Shown in pieces: positions 1-12,304 of a stretch of DNA of 64,000 nt (its first letter is position 1; every line of letters begins with the position of its first letter). The DNA comes from Eledone cirrhosa. Lineage: Eukaryota. The stretch covers positions 9,176,001 to 9,240,000 of the forward strand of contig OZ024752.1 in assembly GCA_964016885.1 (NCBI GenBank), written 5' to 3'. Position numbers and translations under genes: made by a program. A model generated the notes under the pieces. It worked only from the letters and a program-made list of their open reading frames with translations, was not told the DNA's origin and did no database searches.

Positions 1-47
1 CCCCACCCCATCCACACCGCCCCTTTCAATGTAAAGTTATGTTGGTG

Positions 48-834
48 CCATATATATCCAATGAGGATATCTTCAACCAAGCGGCAGATTACTACAATAG
101 GGCCCTGATAAGCGCCGGCTTTAACCGAGGAATTTCCTACATCCCTAACCACCCCCCTCATAAAACAAACGTTATAGTAAGCCATACCTATAACCGATCA
201 TGCGGCGACCTCGTTGAAGTCGGATATAATAGAATAGATAACCGCACCAAAGATCACGACCCCGGCGACGGTGACCACTGTAGATTACTCAAACTATTCC
301 CCTATTACAAAACCAACAAAGGCGACGGCCTACTACCAACGCCTTCCAACCAACATCTTCATGTACATAAACATGGAAGAGGTAGCAAGAGTGCACCCGA
401 GCATAAAGTGAAAGGGGCACCGAACGGGCGACTGCGCATTAACACACATAACAGCGGTCACCTAGATGGAACCATCCGGCGGGCAGGCGCTGCAAAATAA
501 CACCCAGGAAACAATCCTTGCATACCAGACCCAGCCTCAGACAAACAGATGCGGCTAAAAAAAAATAAAAAAAAAATTTTGCCCGGGAAAGACTGCCCTA
601 ACACCGGCCAGAGTTACCACCCTTGACCTGCTGCAAAATCAAAACAAGATATTTTTGCGAGCAATGAAGCTTGATGTGGATTTAATCCCAAAAACTCTTT
701 CCGAGCAATATAAGGAACATTTGTGATTATTTATACCCTTGAGAAGCCCAACTGGGCGAAACGTACGTAGGTGCTGTTTTAAATAAACATGTTTTAACGG
801 TCTATTCTCCGATTTTTTACTTTCCCACGTGCAT

Positions 835-838
<4 letters not shown>
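48..838 (+). mobile_element. Penelope-like element remnant with hammerhead-bearing 3' end
   Basis: SNEDIFNQAADYYNRALISAGF resembles the PLE post-RT linker, and a minimal hammerhead follows. Near-identical copies at 15465-16020 and 34035-34820. Confidence 0.55.
735..773 (+). ncRNA. Minimal type I hammerhead ribozyme, U3-A8 core variant
   Basis: CC-TTGAGAA-GCCC/aact/GGGC-GAAA-CGTACG-TA-GG. Palindromic stem III, short stem I. Confidence 0.6.
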
Positions 839-888
<50 letters not shown>

Positions 889-892
889 GTAC

Positions 893-924
<32 letters not shown>

Positions 925-1055
925 GCAAAAGTTTTATTTAAAATTGTTGGGTTACAACAAGTAAATATTTTATAACTGATATAAAGCACTCGACAAGTTT
1001 TTGGAGTAGATATACGATATTAAACAAATGGAAACTATATTTATAAAACCATATT

Positions 1056-1121
1056 TATTTCATTATACATATTTCAGGGATACCATATTAAAAATATGGC
1101 ATGCCTTCGTCAGATAAAATA
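1056..1121 (-). ncRNA. Type I hammerhead ribozyme (mirror copy in palindrome)
   Basis: Reverse complement of the 1268-1333 motif. Confidence 0.75.
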
Positions 1122-1267
1122 CAATATATAAACAGTTTTATAAATAATTTTGACGTACCATAATATAAGCGACCATTAAATTAGGAGACTGCCTTGGTAG
1201 CCTCCCAATTTAATGGTCGCTTATATTATGGTACGTCAAAATTATTTATAAAACTGTTTATATATTG

Positions 1268-1333
1268 TATTTTATCTGACGAAGGCATGTCATATTTTTA
1301 ATATGGTATCCCTGAAATATGTATAATGAAATA
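1268..1333 (+). ncRNA. Type I hammerhead ribozyme
   Basis: TATTTTAT-CTGACGA-stem II (agg..catatt/aatatg..cct)-GAAA-TATGTA-TA-ATGAAATA. Stem I pairs with one G-U. Confidence 0.75.
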
Positions 1334-1380
1334 AATATGGTTTTATAAATATAGTTTCCATTTGTTTAATATCGTATATC

Positions 1381-2950
1381 ATCATCATCATCATCACCGT
1401 TTTACGTCCGTTCTTCCACGCTAGCATGGGTTAGACGGGTTGTCCTGTTGTGGGCAGTGTCTGGTCGGCTGACCATGCCTTGCTCATACAGGAACTGATT
1501 TGGCTTGGTATCTACAGCTGGATGCCCTTCCTAACACCAACCTCATTTACAGTGAGTGCTGGGTACTTTTTTCGTGGCGCCTACACGTCCATATTATTGT
1601 TACACATCCATCGGAGCATGCAGGCTTCGTTTCTCTCTAATCTACGTAAGTCTTCCACCTTCAGCGCCCAGGTCTCGCTACCATGCAACATCGCTGTTCG
1701 GATACACGCATCATACAGTCTGCCTTTCATTCTGAGAGAGAAGCCTTTTGCAGCTAGCAGTGGTAGTAGTTCCCTAAACTTCTTCCATCCCGTTCTTACC
1801 CTAGTTATTGCACTTTCTGAACACCCACCTCCGTTGCTAATTCGGTCACCTAGGTAGCAGAAGCTGTCAACTGTTTCTACAGGGCCCTCCCAGAGATTGG
1901 TGGTACTTGTTTCCTGTGGCTGTTTGCTGTTTGCTGTCTCAGCACAGCTGCTGCATATGAATCCTACATTCTTAATTAAGCTTCCTGAGATCCCGCTACA
2001 TCTCTTGTGTACCCATTGTTTGCATTTGGGGCAGAGAATGGAGTTCCTACCTACATCTTTCCTACATACTGAGCAAGGCCATTTCCCTGAGGGGATCTGG
2101 GTTCTGTTTTCTCGTCTACTTACAAGGACCTTAGTCTTTGTCATGTTGACTTTGAGACCCTTTCTTTTGGAAACCAGGTTTGGAATTTATTCGCTAGTTC
2201 TACCATAGATTCAGCTATGAGTGCGAGGTCATCAGCATACAGAAGTTCCCATGGGCATCCGGTCTTAAACCCCTCCGTTATTGCCTGCAGGACTATGATG
2301 AACAGGAGAGGGCTAAGAACAGAGCCCTGGTGGACCCCAACCTGTACGCTAAATTCCTCGCTATACTCATTGCTAATCCTAACTTTGCTGACTGCTCATG
2401 GCTTGTACCGCTTTCACAAGCCATTCATCTACTCCTAGTTTTCTAAGAGCCCACCAGATTACAACGCGTGGAACTCTGTCAAAGGCTTTCTCAAGGTCGA
2501 CAAATGCCAAGTAGAGTGGCTTAATTTTAGCTAGGTACTTTTCCTGTAATTGCCTCACAAGGAAGAGGGCATAAGTGGTGCCTCTTCCTGGTACAAACCC
2601 AAATTGCATCTCGTCTATTTTCACCCGGTCCCTAATCAGCTGTGCTATAACTCTTTCTGTTACTTTCATGACCTGGTCCATCAACTTTATACCTCTATAG
2701 TTTCCTCTATCTAGTGCATCGCCTTTACCTTTGTAGCAGTTGACAATGATGCTACTGCACCAATCTTTTGGTATGGCCCCTTCTAGTATTACCTGGTTAA
2801 CGATACGTGTGGTTATAGTGTGACCTACAGACCCAGATGCCTTCAGCATCTCGGCAGCTATACCCGATGGACCGGTTGCCTTCCCCATCTTCATATCTCT
2901 GATTGCTTTACTTACTATGCTGCCGCTGATTGTACTGCTGGTCCCTCTCT
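1381..2950 (-). mobile_element. Decayed RTE-clade LINE (family B), 5'-truncated with internal deletions
   Basis: RT motifs [18 protein letters not shown] and the CSVC..CPKC..HKRC finger; (GAT)n tail at 1381. Positional paralog of 20608-23490. Confidence 0.9.
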
Positions 2951-2951
2951 C

Positions 2952-2989
<38 letters not shown>

Positions 2990-3500
2990 CATATATATAT
3001 ACACACAAACATACATATACACACAAACATATATATACACACAAACATATATATACACACAAACATATATATACACACAAACATATATATACACACAAAC
3101 ATATATATACACACAAACATATATATACACATAACCATATATACACACAAACATATATATACATATATATAAGTACACATATATAAACATACATAATATA
3201 TACATACATATATATAAACATACATATATAAACATACATATATATAAACATACATATATATAAACATACATATATATACATACATACATATATAAACATA
3301 CATAATATATACATACATATATATAAACATACATATATAAACATACATATATACACATACATATATATAAACATACATATATATACATACATACATATAC
3401 ACATACATACATATATATACATAAACACACACATATATACCTATACATATATACCCACACACACACACACACACAGATATTCATATACACCCACATATAT
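2951..3500. repeat. (TA/CA)n compound microsatellite
   Basis: Low-complexity TATACA repeats. Confidence 0.95.
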
Positions 3501-3519
3501 ATTTTTAAAATTAACTTAC

Positions 3520-3831
3520 CATATACTGTGATGTGGTACTTGCTAACATGTAGATTAGATCTGCAAATAATACTCATGTTGTCTTCCTGTATACTTATAT
3601 TAATGATAGTCAATGTACAGATAGTATTTTGACAACTAGTTATTTGACGGTTGCCAAAATATTTATCATTGCCTTCGTCAACCAATCCATTATATCCAGC
3701 AATAAGTGATCCATCTCCAGTATACCAAGTTGTAATATCTCCCCTCTTTCTTACACATTTCAATGTGAAGTTTTTATCTTTTATAGCATTTGGTGTTTCA
3801 GAACTTGGGTAAAGATTCTTCCCAGTCTCAT
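3520..3831 (-). CDS. Ig-like domain exon A, copy 1
   Basis: Canonical AG/GT boundaries, 312 nt, phase 1-1. Reads ETGKNLY...FTLKC...WY...IICRS...ITVY. Confidence 0.85.
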
Positions 3832-4103
3832 CTAAAAACACAAATTAAGACGAGATAAAATAAGAATTAATCCAAAATTTAAGAGAAATTTTAACAATAA
3901 ATTGAAACAAGCCTAATAGTTCATATTCCATTTGTGTGAAGACAGGCAGGGCTGTGCTGTTTAGCCCATGGAAGCAGGGAAAGCAGATGTAAAGTATGTT
4001 GATGATGATGATGATGATAGTGATGATGAGCATAGTATTAGGGGGAGTGGGGTGTTATATGGAATTGACTTAGATTTTTAGTTTTTTCTTATGTTACATC
4101 ACC

Positions 4104-4672
4104 AGTAGCAGCAGCAGCAGCACCACAACCCCCCAACATCATCATCATCATCATCACTACTACTACCACCACCACCAGCATCATCACCACCACCACATTC
4201 ATAGCCATCACTACCACCATCACCACCACAACCATCATAACCACCACCACCACCAGCACCAGCATCAACATCACCACAACCATCATAACCAACACCACCA
4301 CCACCACCACCACCATTGCCACCACCACCACCACCACCACAACCGTCATAACCGCCACCACCACCAGCATCAACATCACCACCACCACAACCACCAACAT
4401 CATAATCATCACTAAAACCATCATAACCAACACCACCACCACCATCACTGCCACCACCACCAGCATCATCACCACCACCACCATTGCCACCACCACCACC
4501 ACCACCACAACCATCGCCACCACCACCACCACCATCACTGCCACCAGCACCAGCATCAACATCACCACCACCAACATCATCATCATCACCACCACCACCA
4601 TCACCACCACCACCACAACCATCATAACCACCACCACCACCATCACTGCCACTGCCAACAACACCATCATCA
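4104..4672. repeat. (CAC/CAT)n trinucleotide array
   Basis: Degenerate CAC/CAT/CAA repeats. Paralog at 24483-25069; deleted in unit 3. Confidence 0.95.
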
Positions 4673-5509
4673 TAAATAATACAAAAAATAAATTATATTC
4701 AGATATAAGATAAATCTAAATGTGCTAAACATGTCACAAAAGAGATTTTATGGAGGGAAGAGTAAATGGAATGATTCTGAGCAAGAATCATGAGATACAA
4801 AATTCAAGTTCAATTTATGTCACATTAATAGATTTAATAAATGATTTTAATGACAATATATAGAGGGCTGATAACTTATTAATATAACTGTTTCTTGTAA
4901 AAATATTATGCTCTTACCAATATACAATAAAATTGTGGTATTAGATAATAATCAAACTGTAATATCCTGTATCTGTGTGTAGACATACAAAATATATTGT
5001 AATACTTTATAAGATCTACAAAATCAGTGTTGCTTTATAAGAGAAAGGCAACTTTCTAACAATAGGAAATTGAGGAAACAGTGTTAGTTTTTTCAACATT
5101 GTTGCTGATATTGTGAGAAATAGCAGCCAAATCTCACCTTACTGTTTTTCAGATCATTGTTTAAATCTAGTGACATGAAAATAATATATTAGATAAGGGT
5201 CATCTTAACTAAACTGTATTCCTTATAGGTTTGCTTGATTAAGGATGACTTAGGAATACATAACAACAAATAGGGAGAGGAAAAACAGATTTTATCAAAG
5301 AACAAATGAATAATTGAGTAGTTTCTACTGTGTTTTCGGATGAACCAATTAACTTCAACTGTAAACATTATTTTTAGTTGTTTTACTTCTTTTACATCTA
5401 AAATTGAGTTTATGCATTGAATTCTTCAAATCCAGAATTATTCAGGAATAATGTACCTGGTGACAATCAAAACTTTAATCTATTTATATTCTAAAGATCA
5501 GTTTGATAT

Positions 5510-5716
5510 TGGTTTCTGCTTTAGGCACAAGGCCAACAATTTTGGGGGAAGGGAAAGTCGATTAAATTGACCCCAGTGAATTACCAGTACTTATTTTTTT
5601 TATCCCATAAGGATGAAAGGCAAAGCTAACCTCAGCAGGATTTGAACTCAGAACGTAACTCTATGCCACTATGTATGTTATCTGACGCTCTACCGATTCT
5701 GCCAAATCACCACCCT
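5510..5716 (-). mobile_element. tRNA-derived SINE
   Basis: Minus strand has A-box-like TGGCAGAATCGG, B-box GTTCAAATCC and the ctttcatcct...aagtactgg core. Multiple copies in the window. Confidence 0.75.
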
Positions 5717-5796
5717 AAAGAAGAGTTGAATATTAAACAGAAGTGTTTATTTTAATTTAAAAAAAAACCTCTCATGATAAATATTTAAATTATTAC

Positions 5797-6298
5797 TTTG
5801 CACTTGATAGGTTTGATGCTAAGTGCTGCATGGCTGCAATGAAAATCAGTGCTGCAGAAACTGAGACACTTGTCCTCTTAAGGAAGCCTGCGCAATGCAC
5901 TCTATACGTGAGTGGAGTTCCACTGAAGCAGATGGAGAAGTTCAAGTATCTCAGAGCCATGTTCACAAGTGATGGAAGGCAGGTGGCAGAATTAAGTAAT
6001 ACATCAGCTTCAGCATTTGGTAATCAAAAGAAGCGAGGTAGGTGTAAAAGCCAAACTCACTATCTTCAATTTGGTATTCATGCCAACCCTTATCTATGGC
6101 CATAAATCTTGGCAAATACAAGTGGCCGAAATGGGGTTCCTCTGAAGGGTCTCTGGACTAACATTACTCGATAGAGTGTATAGCTCGGAGATCAGAGAGT
6201 CACTCCAGGTAGAACTGCTACTTCTCCAGATTGAGAGATCACAGCTCTGATAATATGGGCATATGGTTAGAATGTCTCAGGGAAGAATTGGTGAGCAA
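5797..6298 (+). mobile_element. Old RTE-like LINE fragment
   Basis: EKFKYL, PTLIYGHKSW, AEMGFL, YGHMVRM with stops and frameshifts. Paralog at 26195-26718. Confidence 0.7.
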
Positions 6299-6573
6299 GA
6301 AGGAGGAGGAGGAGGAGGAGGAAAGGGAGGAGGAGAAGAAGAAGGAGAAATATATATATATATGTGTGTGTGTGTGTATGTGTTGATTTTTGACAGCTAT
6401 GGTATAAATGTCTGTAATTTCAAGCTATCTATATTGTCAGGATATTTGTTAGGGAAATAATGCGAAATGTGTTATTATGTAAACATTATTTATTTCAATA
6501 TAATAGAGAAATATTATTAGAAAAATGAAAATACAAATATAAATGATATAAATAATTATTATTTAGTACTTAC

Positions 6574-6852
6574 TAAATAATGGAACAACTATAAATTTTG
6601 TGAACGCAGTCTTGTTGAAACAGGAAATGTCTACGTTAAAGGTGGAAAGAAGGGTGAAGTGTAAAATATTTGGTTTACTGGACTCCACAGATGCGTTAAA
6701 CTTATTATGTACAATAGGCTTCCAATTAGGACTATTAGTGTACACAGCTCCCACCTTCCAGGATGTAATTGTCTCTGGATCATCAACAGGACATTGGAAA
6801 ATTAGGTTTTCATTTACCCTGTGAAATTTTGTACCACCTTCTGTGATAGGAA
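6574..6852 (-). CDS. Ig-like domain exon B, copy 1
   Basis: Canonical AG/GT boundaries, 279 nt, phase 1-1. Reads PITEGG...LIFQCPVDDPETITSWKV...DISCFNK. Confidence 0.75.
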
Positions 6853-7142
6853 CTGAAAAAGAACAAAACAAAATATATATATATATACAATTGATTACGT
6901 TCTTTAATTTTTCTAATGGAAGAGGAACAATTTGAAATAAATTAAAATATCATGGATTACACAGAATTAATTGGAAAATAAATGTTTTATGTATATTTTA
7001 AAGCTAAATACAGATATAGTTATTGAGGACTAATGGAATGGAATAAAGTATGAATGTCAGGTTGAAATCCTGCCAATATTTCACAATGGATATCGAAAAT
7101 ATCACATTGGTGTGAAAGACTAAAAAACTATAATGACATCTA

Positions 7143-7306
7143 CTTTAGGCACAGTGCATTACTGGTACTTTATTTTATCGACCCCGTAAGGATGAAAGGC
7201 AAAGTCAACCTCGGCGGGATTTAAACTCAGATCGTAAAGGGACGTAACTATGCTGGAAAGCATGGCGTCCGACCCTCCACCGATACTGCCAATCCACCGC
7301 CCTGTA
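7143..7306 (-). mobile_element. tRNA-derived SINE, unit-1-specific insertion with TSD
   Basis: Flanked by AATGACATCTA direct repeats (7132-7142, 7307-7317); the paralogous site near 27575 is empty. Confidence 0.8.
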
Positions 7307-7714
7307 AATGACATCTAGTGATAATAGGAAACAATGTTTGTAAAATAAATGGAAATATCAGCCTGAAAGCAGACATTCGAATATTAAAGGACATACAACT
7401 GCTGAACTGGGCATAATTTTGGTCAGAACTGGGCACCCATAAGATGGTCATCCTGGTGACATAAGAAAAAAGCACCCAGTCCATCATGTAACATGGATGT
7501 GCTGGTGACATAAAAAAGGTATCCAGTCTGCCCTGTAAGATGGTTGTGCTGGTGACATGATGAAAAAGCACTAGGTTCAACCTGTTAGATGACCTTTCTG
7601 GTGCCACAATAAAAGCACCCAGTCCACACTGTAACGGGTTTGGCCTTAGAAAGATCATCCAGATGAAGAAACCAAACCAAAATACAAATACAAGACATGG
7701 TCACTTTATATAAT

Positions 7715-9246
7715 AAACTACTGGATGTTGGAGGAAACAGTGTGATATTTCACACACTCCACCTTATACAATAAACTACTGGATGTTGGAGGAAACAGTG
7801 TGACATTTCACACACTCCACCTTATACAATAAACTACTGGATGTTGGAGGAAACTGTGTGATATTTCACAAATTCCACCTTATACAATAAACTACTGGAT
7901 GTTGGAGGAAACAGTGTGATATTTCACACACTCCACCTTATACAATAAACTACTGGATATTGGAGGAAACAGTGTGATATTTCACACACTCCACCTTATA
8001 CGATAAACTACTGGATACTGGAGGAAACAGTGTGATATTTCACACACTCCACCTTATACAATAAACTACTGGATATTGGAGGAAACAGTGTGATATTTCA
8101 CACACTCCACCTTATACAATAAACTACTGGATATTGGAGGAAACAGTGTGATATTTCACACATTCCACCTTATACAATAAACTACTGGATATTGGAGGAA
8201 ACAGTGTGATATTTCACACACTCCACCTTATACAATAAACTACTGGATATTGGAGGAAACAGTGTGATATTTCACACACTCCACCTTATACAATAAACTA
8301 CTGGATATTGGAGGAAAGCGTGATATTTCACACATTCCACCTTATACAATAAACTACTGGATATTGGAGGAAACAGTGTGATATTTCACACATTCCACCT
8401 TATACAATAAACTACTGGATATTGGAGGAAACAGTGTGATATTCCACACACTCCACCTTATACAATAAATTACTGGATATTGGAGGAAACAGTGTGATAT
8501 TTCACACATTCCACTTTATACAATAAACTACTGGATATTGGAGGAAACAGTGTGATATTTCACACATTCCACTTTATACAATAAATTACTGGATATTGGA
8601 GGAAACAGTGTGATATTTCACACATTCCACCTTATACAATAAACTACTGGATATTGGAGGAAACAGTGTGATATTTCACACACTCCACCTTATACAATAA
8701 ACTACTGGATATTGGAGGAAACAGTGTGATATTTCACACATTCCACCTTATACAATAAACTACTGGATGTTGGAGGAAACAGTGTGATATTTCACACACT
8801 CCACCTTATACAATAAACTACTGGATATTGGAGGAAACAGTGTGATATTTCACACATTCCACTTTATACAATAAACTACTGGATATTGGAGGAAACAGTG
8901 TGATATTTCACACATTCCACCTTATACAATAAACTACTGGATATTGGAGGAAACAGTGTGATATTTCACACATTCCACCTTATACAATAAACTACTGGAT
9001 ATTGGAGGAAACAGTGTGATAATTCATACACTCCACCTTATACAATAAACTACTGGATATTGGAGGAAACAGTGTGATATTTCACACATTCCACTTTATA
9101 CAATATACTGGATATTGGAGGAAACAGTGTGATATTTCACACACTCCACCTTATACAATAAACTACTGGATATTGGAGGAAACAGTGTGATATTTCATAC
9201 ACTCCACCTTATACAATAAACTACTGGATATTGGAGGAAACAGTGC
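7715..9246. repeat. 58-bp minisatellite (~26 units)
   Basis: Unit aaactactggatattggaggaaacagtgtgatatttcacacattccaccttatacaat. Confidence 0.95.
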
Positions 9247-9786
9247 GCATGTGAGTGATGTTGAGGTCCTTGAGAGAAGTGAGTGTTGGAGCATTGAGAG
9301 TATCATCCACCAACGGCGTTTGTGATGGACTGGACACCTCTGAAGAATGGAGGATGATCGAATCCCAAAATAACTCTTGTATTGCGAGCTTTGTGAGGGT
9401 AAGAGACCACCTCACAAGCCAAGGCTCCGATTCAAGGACTCATTGAAAAAAACTGATTTGATGATGGCTGACTGAGAGATAGAAGCTCTTGAAAGAGAAA
9501 CTTGGCGTGGAATGGTGAATGATGGGGTTCATAATCTTGAGGACAGACGCATAGAGTACGAGAAGATCAAACGGGATGTGCTTAAGCAATGCCCTAGAGT
9601 ATCTCTCGAAATGATCAGTCTCTCCATTAAATAGAAGTGCCCTGAGTGTGGAAAGATTTGCTTGAGCAAATCTGGTCTCAGGAGCCACATTCGCAGCCAT
9701 GTTCAAAGAGAACCAGTGAACTATGATCTCCACGGTGTTGTGAGGGTTCATGGGCAACCTGATGCAGGACCTCAAGTCAGGGAGAT
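9247..9786 (+). mobile_element. RTE/BovB-like LINE 3' fragment
   Basis: WTGHL*RMEDDRIPK...RLRFKD and terminal C2H2 [21 protein letters not shown]. Paralog at 28909-29450. Confidence 0.75.
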
Positions 9787-9836
9787 ACATATATACATAT
9801 ATATATATATTTATATTTACATATATACATATGTAC

Positions 9837-9867
<31 letters not shown>

Positions 9868-9871
9868 AATT

Positions 9872-9917
<46 letters not shown>

Positions 9918-9921
<4 letters not shown>

Positions 9922-12283
9922 GAAGACGTCGCATCTCAGAGTTGCAACACTTAATGTTGGCACTCTCAGAGGTAGATCTGCTGAAATAGAGGAGATGCTG
10001 GAGAGAAGGCATGTGTGGATGTGTGTTGCGTGCAAGAGGTGAGATGGAGAGGTGCCTCTGCGAGACTAGTCGTAGGCAAACGTCTTAGCTATAAGCTATT
10101 CTGGGTAGGTAAGGATGATGGGTTAGGGGGAGTAGGCATTTTCCTGGCTGAGAAATGGATCAATAAGACAATAGAGGTAGTTCAAGTTAGTAATCGAATA
10201 ATTAAGCTTAGTTTAGTTGTAGGCAGGAGACTACTGACAATCATCTCGGTCTATGCTCCCCAAGCAGGCCTAGGCAAAGATGAGAAAGACTGCTTTTACG
10301 AGCAACTTTTACAAACAACCACAATGACAGAGGATGGAGACATCGTTATGCTAGCAGGAGACTTCAATGCTCATGTTGGACAGCTCCAGGATGGTTACAC
10401 TGGGGTACATGGTGAGCACAGTTACGGCTCAAGAAATGAAGAAAGAGTAAGACTTCTTGAATTTTGTGCTGCAGGTACATTGACTATTTGCAACACAAAC
10501 TTCCAGAAACCTGCCAATCACCTAATAACCTACAAATCTGGTGAGCACATAAGCCAGATTGACTTCTTACTAGTTAGGCAGCAGGACAGGCAGATAGTGT
10601 CTAATACCAAGGCATACCCTGGGGAAGAATGTACCCCACAGCATAGGTTAGTCGTTAGTGATATCTCAGTAAGCAAGAGATAGAATGAGACATACAGGAA
10701 GGTGTGGAGAAGAAAGGTCTGGAAGCTAAAAGACCTTTCACTAAAATACAAATTTAGGAAAGCCCTTCAAGATGTATATGACGAAAAAGAAGTCGATTTA
10801 GAGACGTATGACATAGATAATAACTGGAATTTCTTATGTGACAACTTGCTGGAGGCTACTGATGAAACTTGTGGCTAGAGCAGAGCTCCAACCAGACAGA
10901 GTGACCTGGTAGTGGAACAGCACAGTAGATAAGGCCATTAGAGACAAAAGACTAGCATGGAAGGCTTGGAAAAAGGGTGGGAGTAGGGAAGAATATACAG
11001 CCACTAAGAGAGAAGCTAGACGTCAGGTGTACTTAGCACGCAGGGAGGCGGAGAGTAGGAGGTTTGCCAATGTTCTGAGATTGGAAGAGCAGAGGCGTGC
11101 GGTATTCCACATTGCAAGGCAGTGTGTCAATGCAAATCAGGATGTTGTTGGAGATAAATGTGTCCGGGATGATGCCGGTGTACTTAGTGTCACGAATGAT
11201 CAGAAAAAGGAGGCCTGGAAATGTCATTATGAGAGACTGATGAATGTGGAGAACGAATGGGAGAGAGAGAAATTACCCTTAGTAGATCCGACAGAGGGAC
11301 CAGCTATTGAGATTGACGAATATAGGGTCCAAGAGGCGATTAGGGAAATGAAAAATGGTAAGGCTGCTGGACCATCGGGAATAGTTGCTGAGATGCTGAA
11401 GGCATCAGGGGACGTAGGCACTAAACTGGTTGCACGCATCATCAATCAGGCTATATATGGTGGTGTCATACCCAAAGACTGGTGCAGCAGTATTCTCATA
11501 AATTGCTACAAAGGTAAAGGGGATCCTGGGTACACAAGAGATGTAGCAGGATAGCAGGCAAACTAACAGGTAGGGAGAAATATGTATGCAGGAGATGTAC
11601 AGGGAAATTAGACAGTAGAAGTCGCATTGATAGACACATTTTTCAGATGCAGGAGAGCGCTATAGAAGTGGAGGATAGCTTCCGGTACCTAGGAGATCAG
11701 ATTAGCATGGGAGGAGGGTGTTCTGAGGCCATAGTATCTAGAATAAGGACGGGTGGAAGAAGTTTAGGGAGCTGCTTCCTCTGTTGACGAAAAAGGGTTT
11801 CTCACTGCGTACGAAAGGCTGGTTGTATGATGCCTGTGTGAGGAGCGCGATGCTGCATGATAGTGAGACATGGGCAGCAACTGCAGAGGATATGCGATGG
11901 CTGGAGAGAAATGAGGCAAGCATGCTCCATTGGATGTGCAGTGTAAATGTGCGTGAACGACCCAGCATAAATGTGTTGAAAGAGAAACTGTGTTTGAGAG
12001 GGATAGAATGTAGTGTACGGGAGAGGAGACTGAGGTGGTATGGACATGTGATGCGCATGGAGGATGACCGATGGGTGAAGAAGTGCCAGGAAATGCCACT
12101 TGAAGGAAGACGTGGTAGAGGTAGACCACGAAAAACATGGGCAGAGGTGGTGAGACCAGACCTCAGATCATTGAAGCTCACGGTGGAGATGATGAAGGAC
12201 CGTGACGAGTGAAGAGATGCTGTGCTGAATAAGACCCGTCCCACCATTGCAAGCAGGGAAAAGCGGACGTAAAATGATGATGA
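9918..12283 (+). mobile_element. Decayed RTE LINE (family C); RT core deleted
   Basis: APE motifs (LNVGTL, CVQEVRW, GDFNAH) with stops. CYKGKGD is joined directly to the zinc-finger region near 11525. (GAT)n tail. Confidence 0.9.
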
Positions 12284-12304
12284 TACATACATATATATAT
12301 AAAT

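Larger units (their letters stand above)
1009..1380. repeat. ~372-bp near-perfect palindrome (inverted PLE pseudo-LTR)
   Basis: Arms gatatacgatattaaac.../...gtttaatatcgtatatc are reverse complements with few mismatches; centre at about 1194-1195. Confidence 0.9.

Noticed and set aside
4089-4673. Poly-Val/Met ORF or mucin-like Thr-rich stalk exon
   Set aside because: Trinucleotide repeat. The Thr/His/Pro frames are on the strand opposite the gene, there are no convincing splice sites, and it is deleted in unit 3.
4917-4971. Possible micro-exon between B and A (cag...G|gtaag on minus)
   Set aside because: The phase-1-compatible frames contain stops, and the segment is deleted in unit 3.
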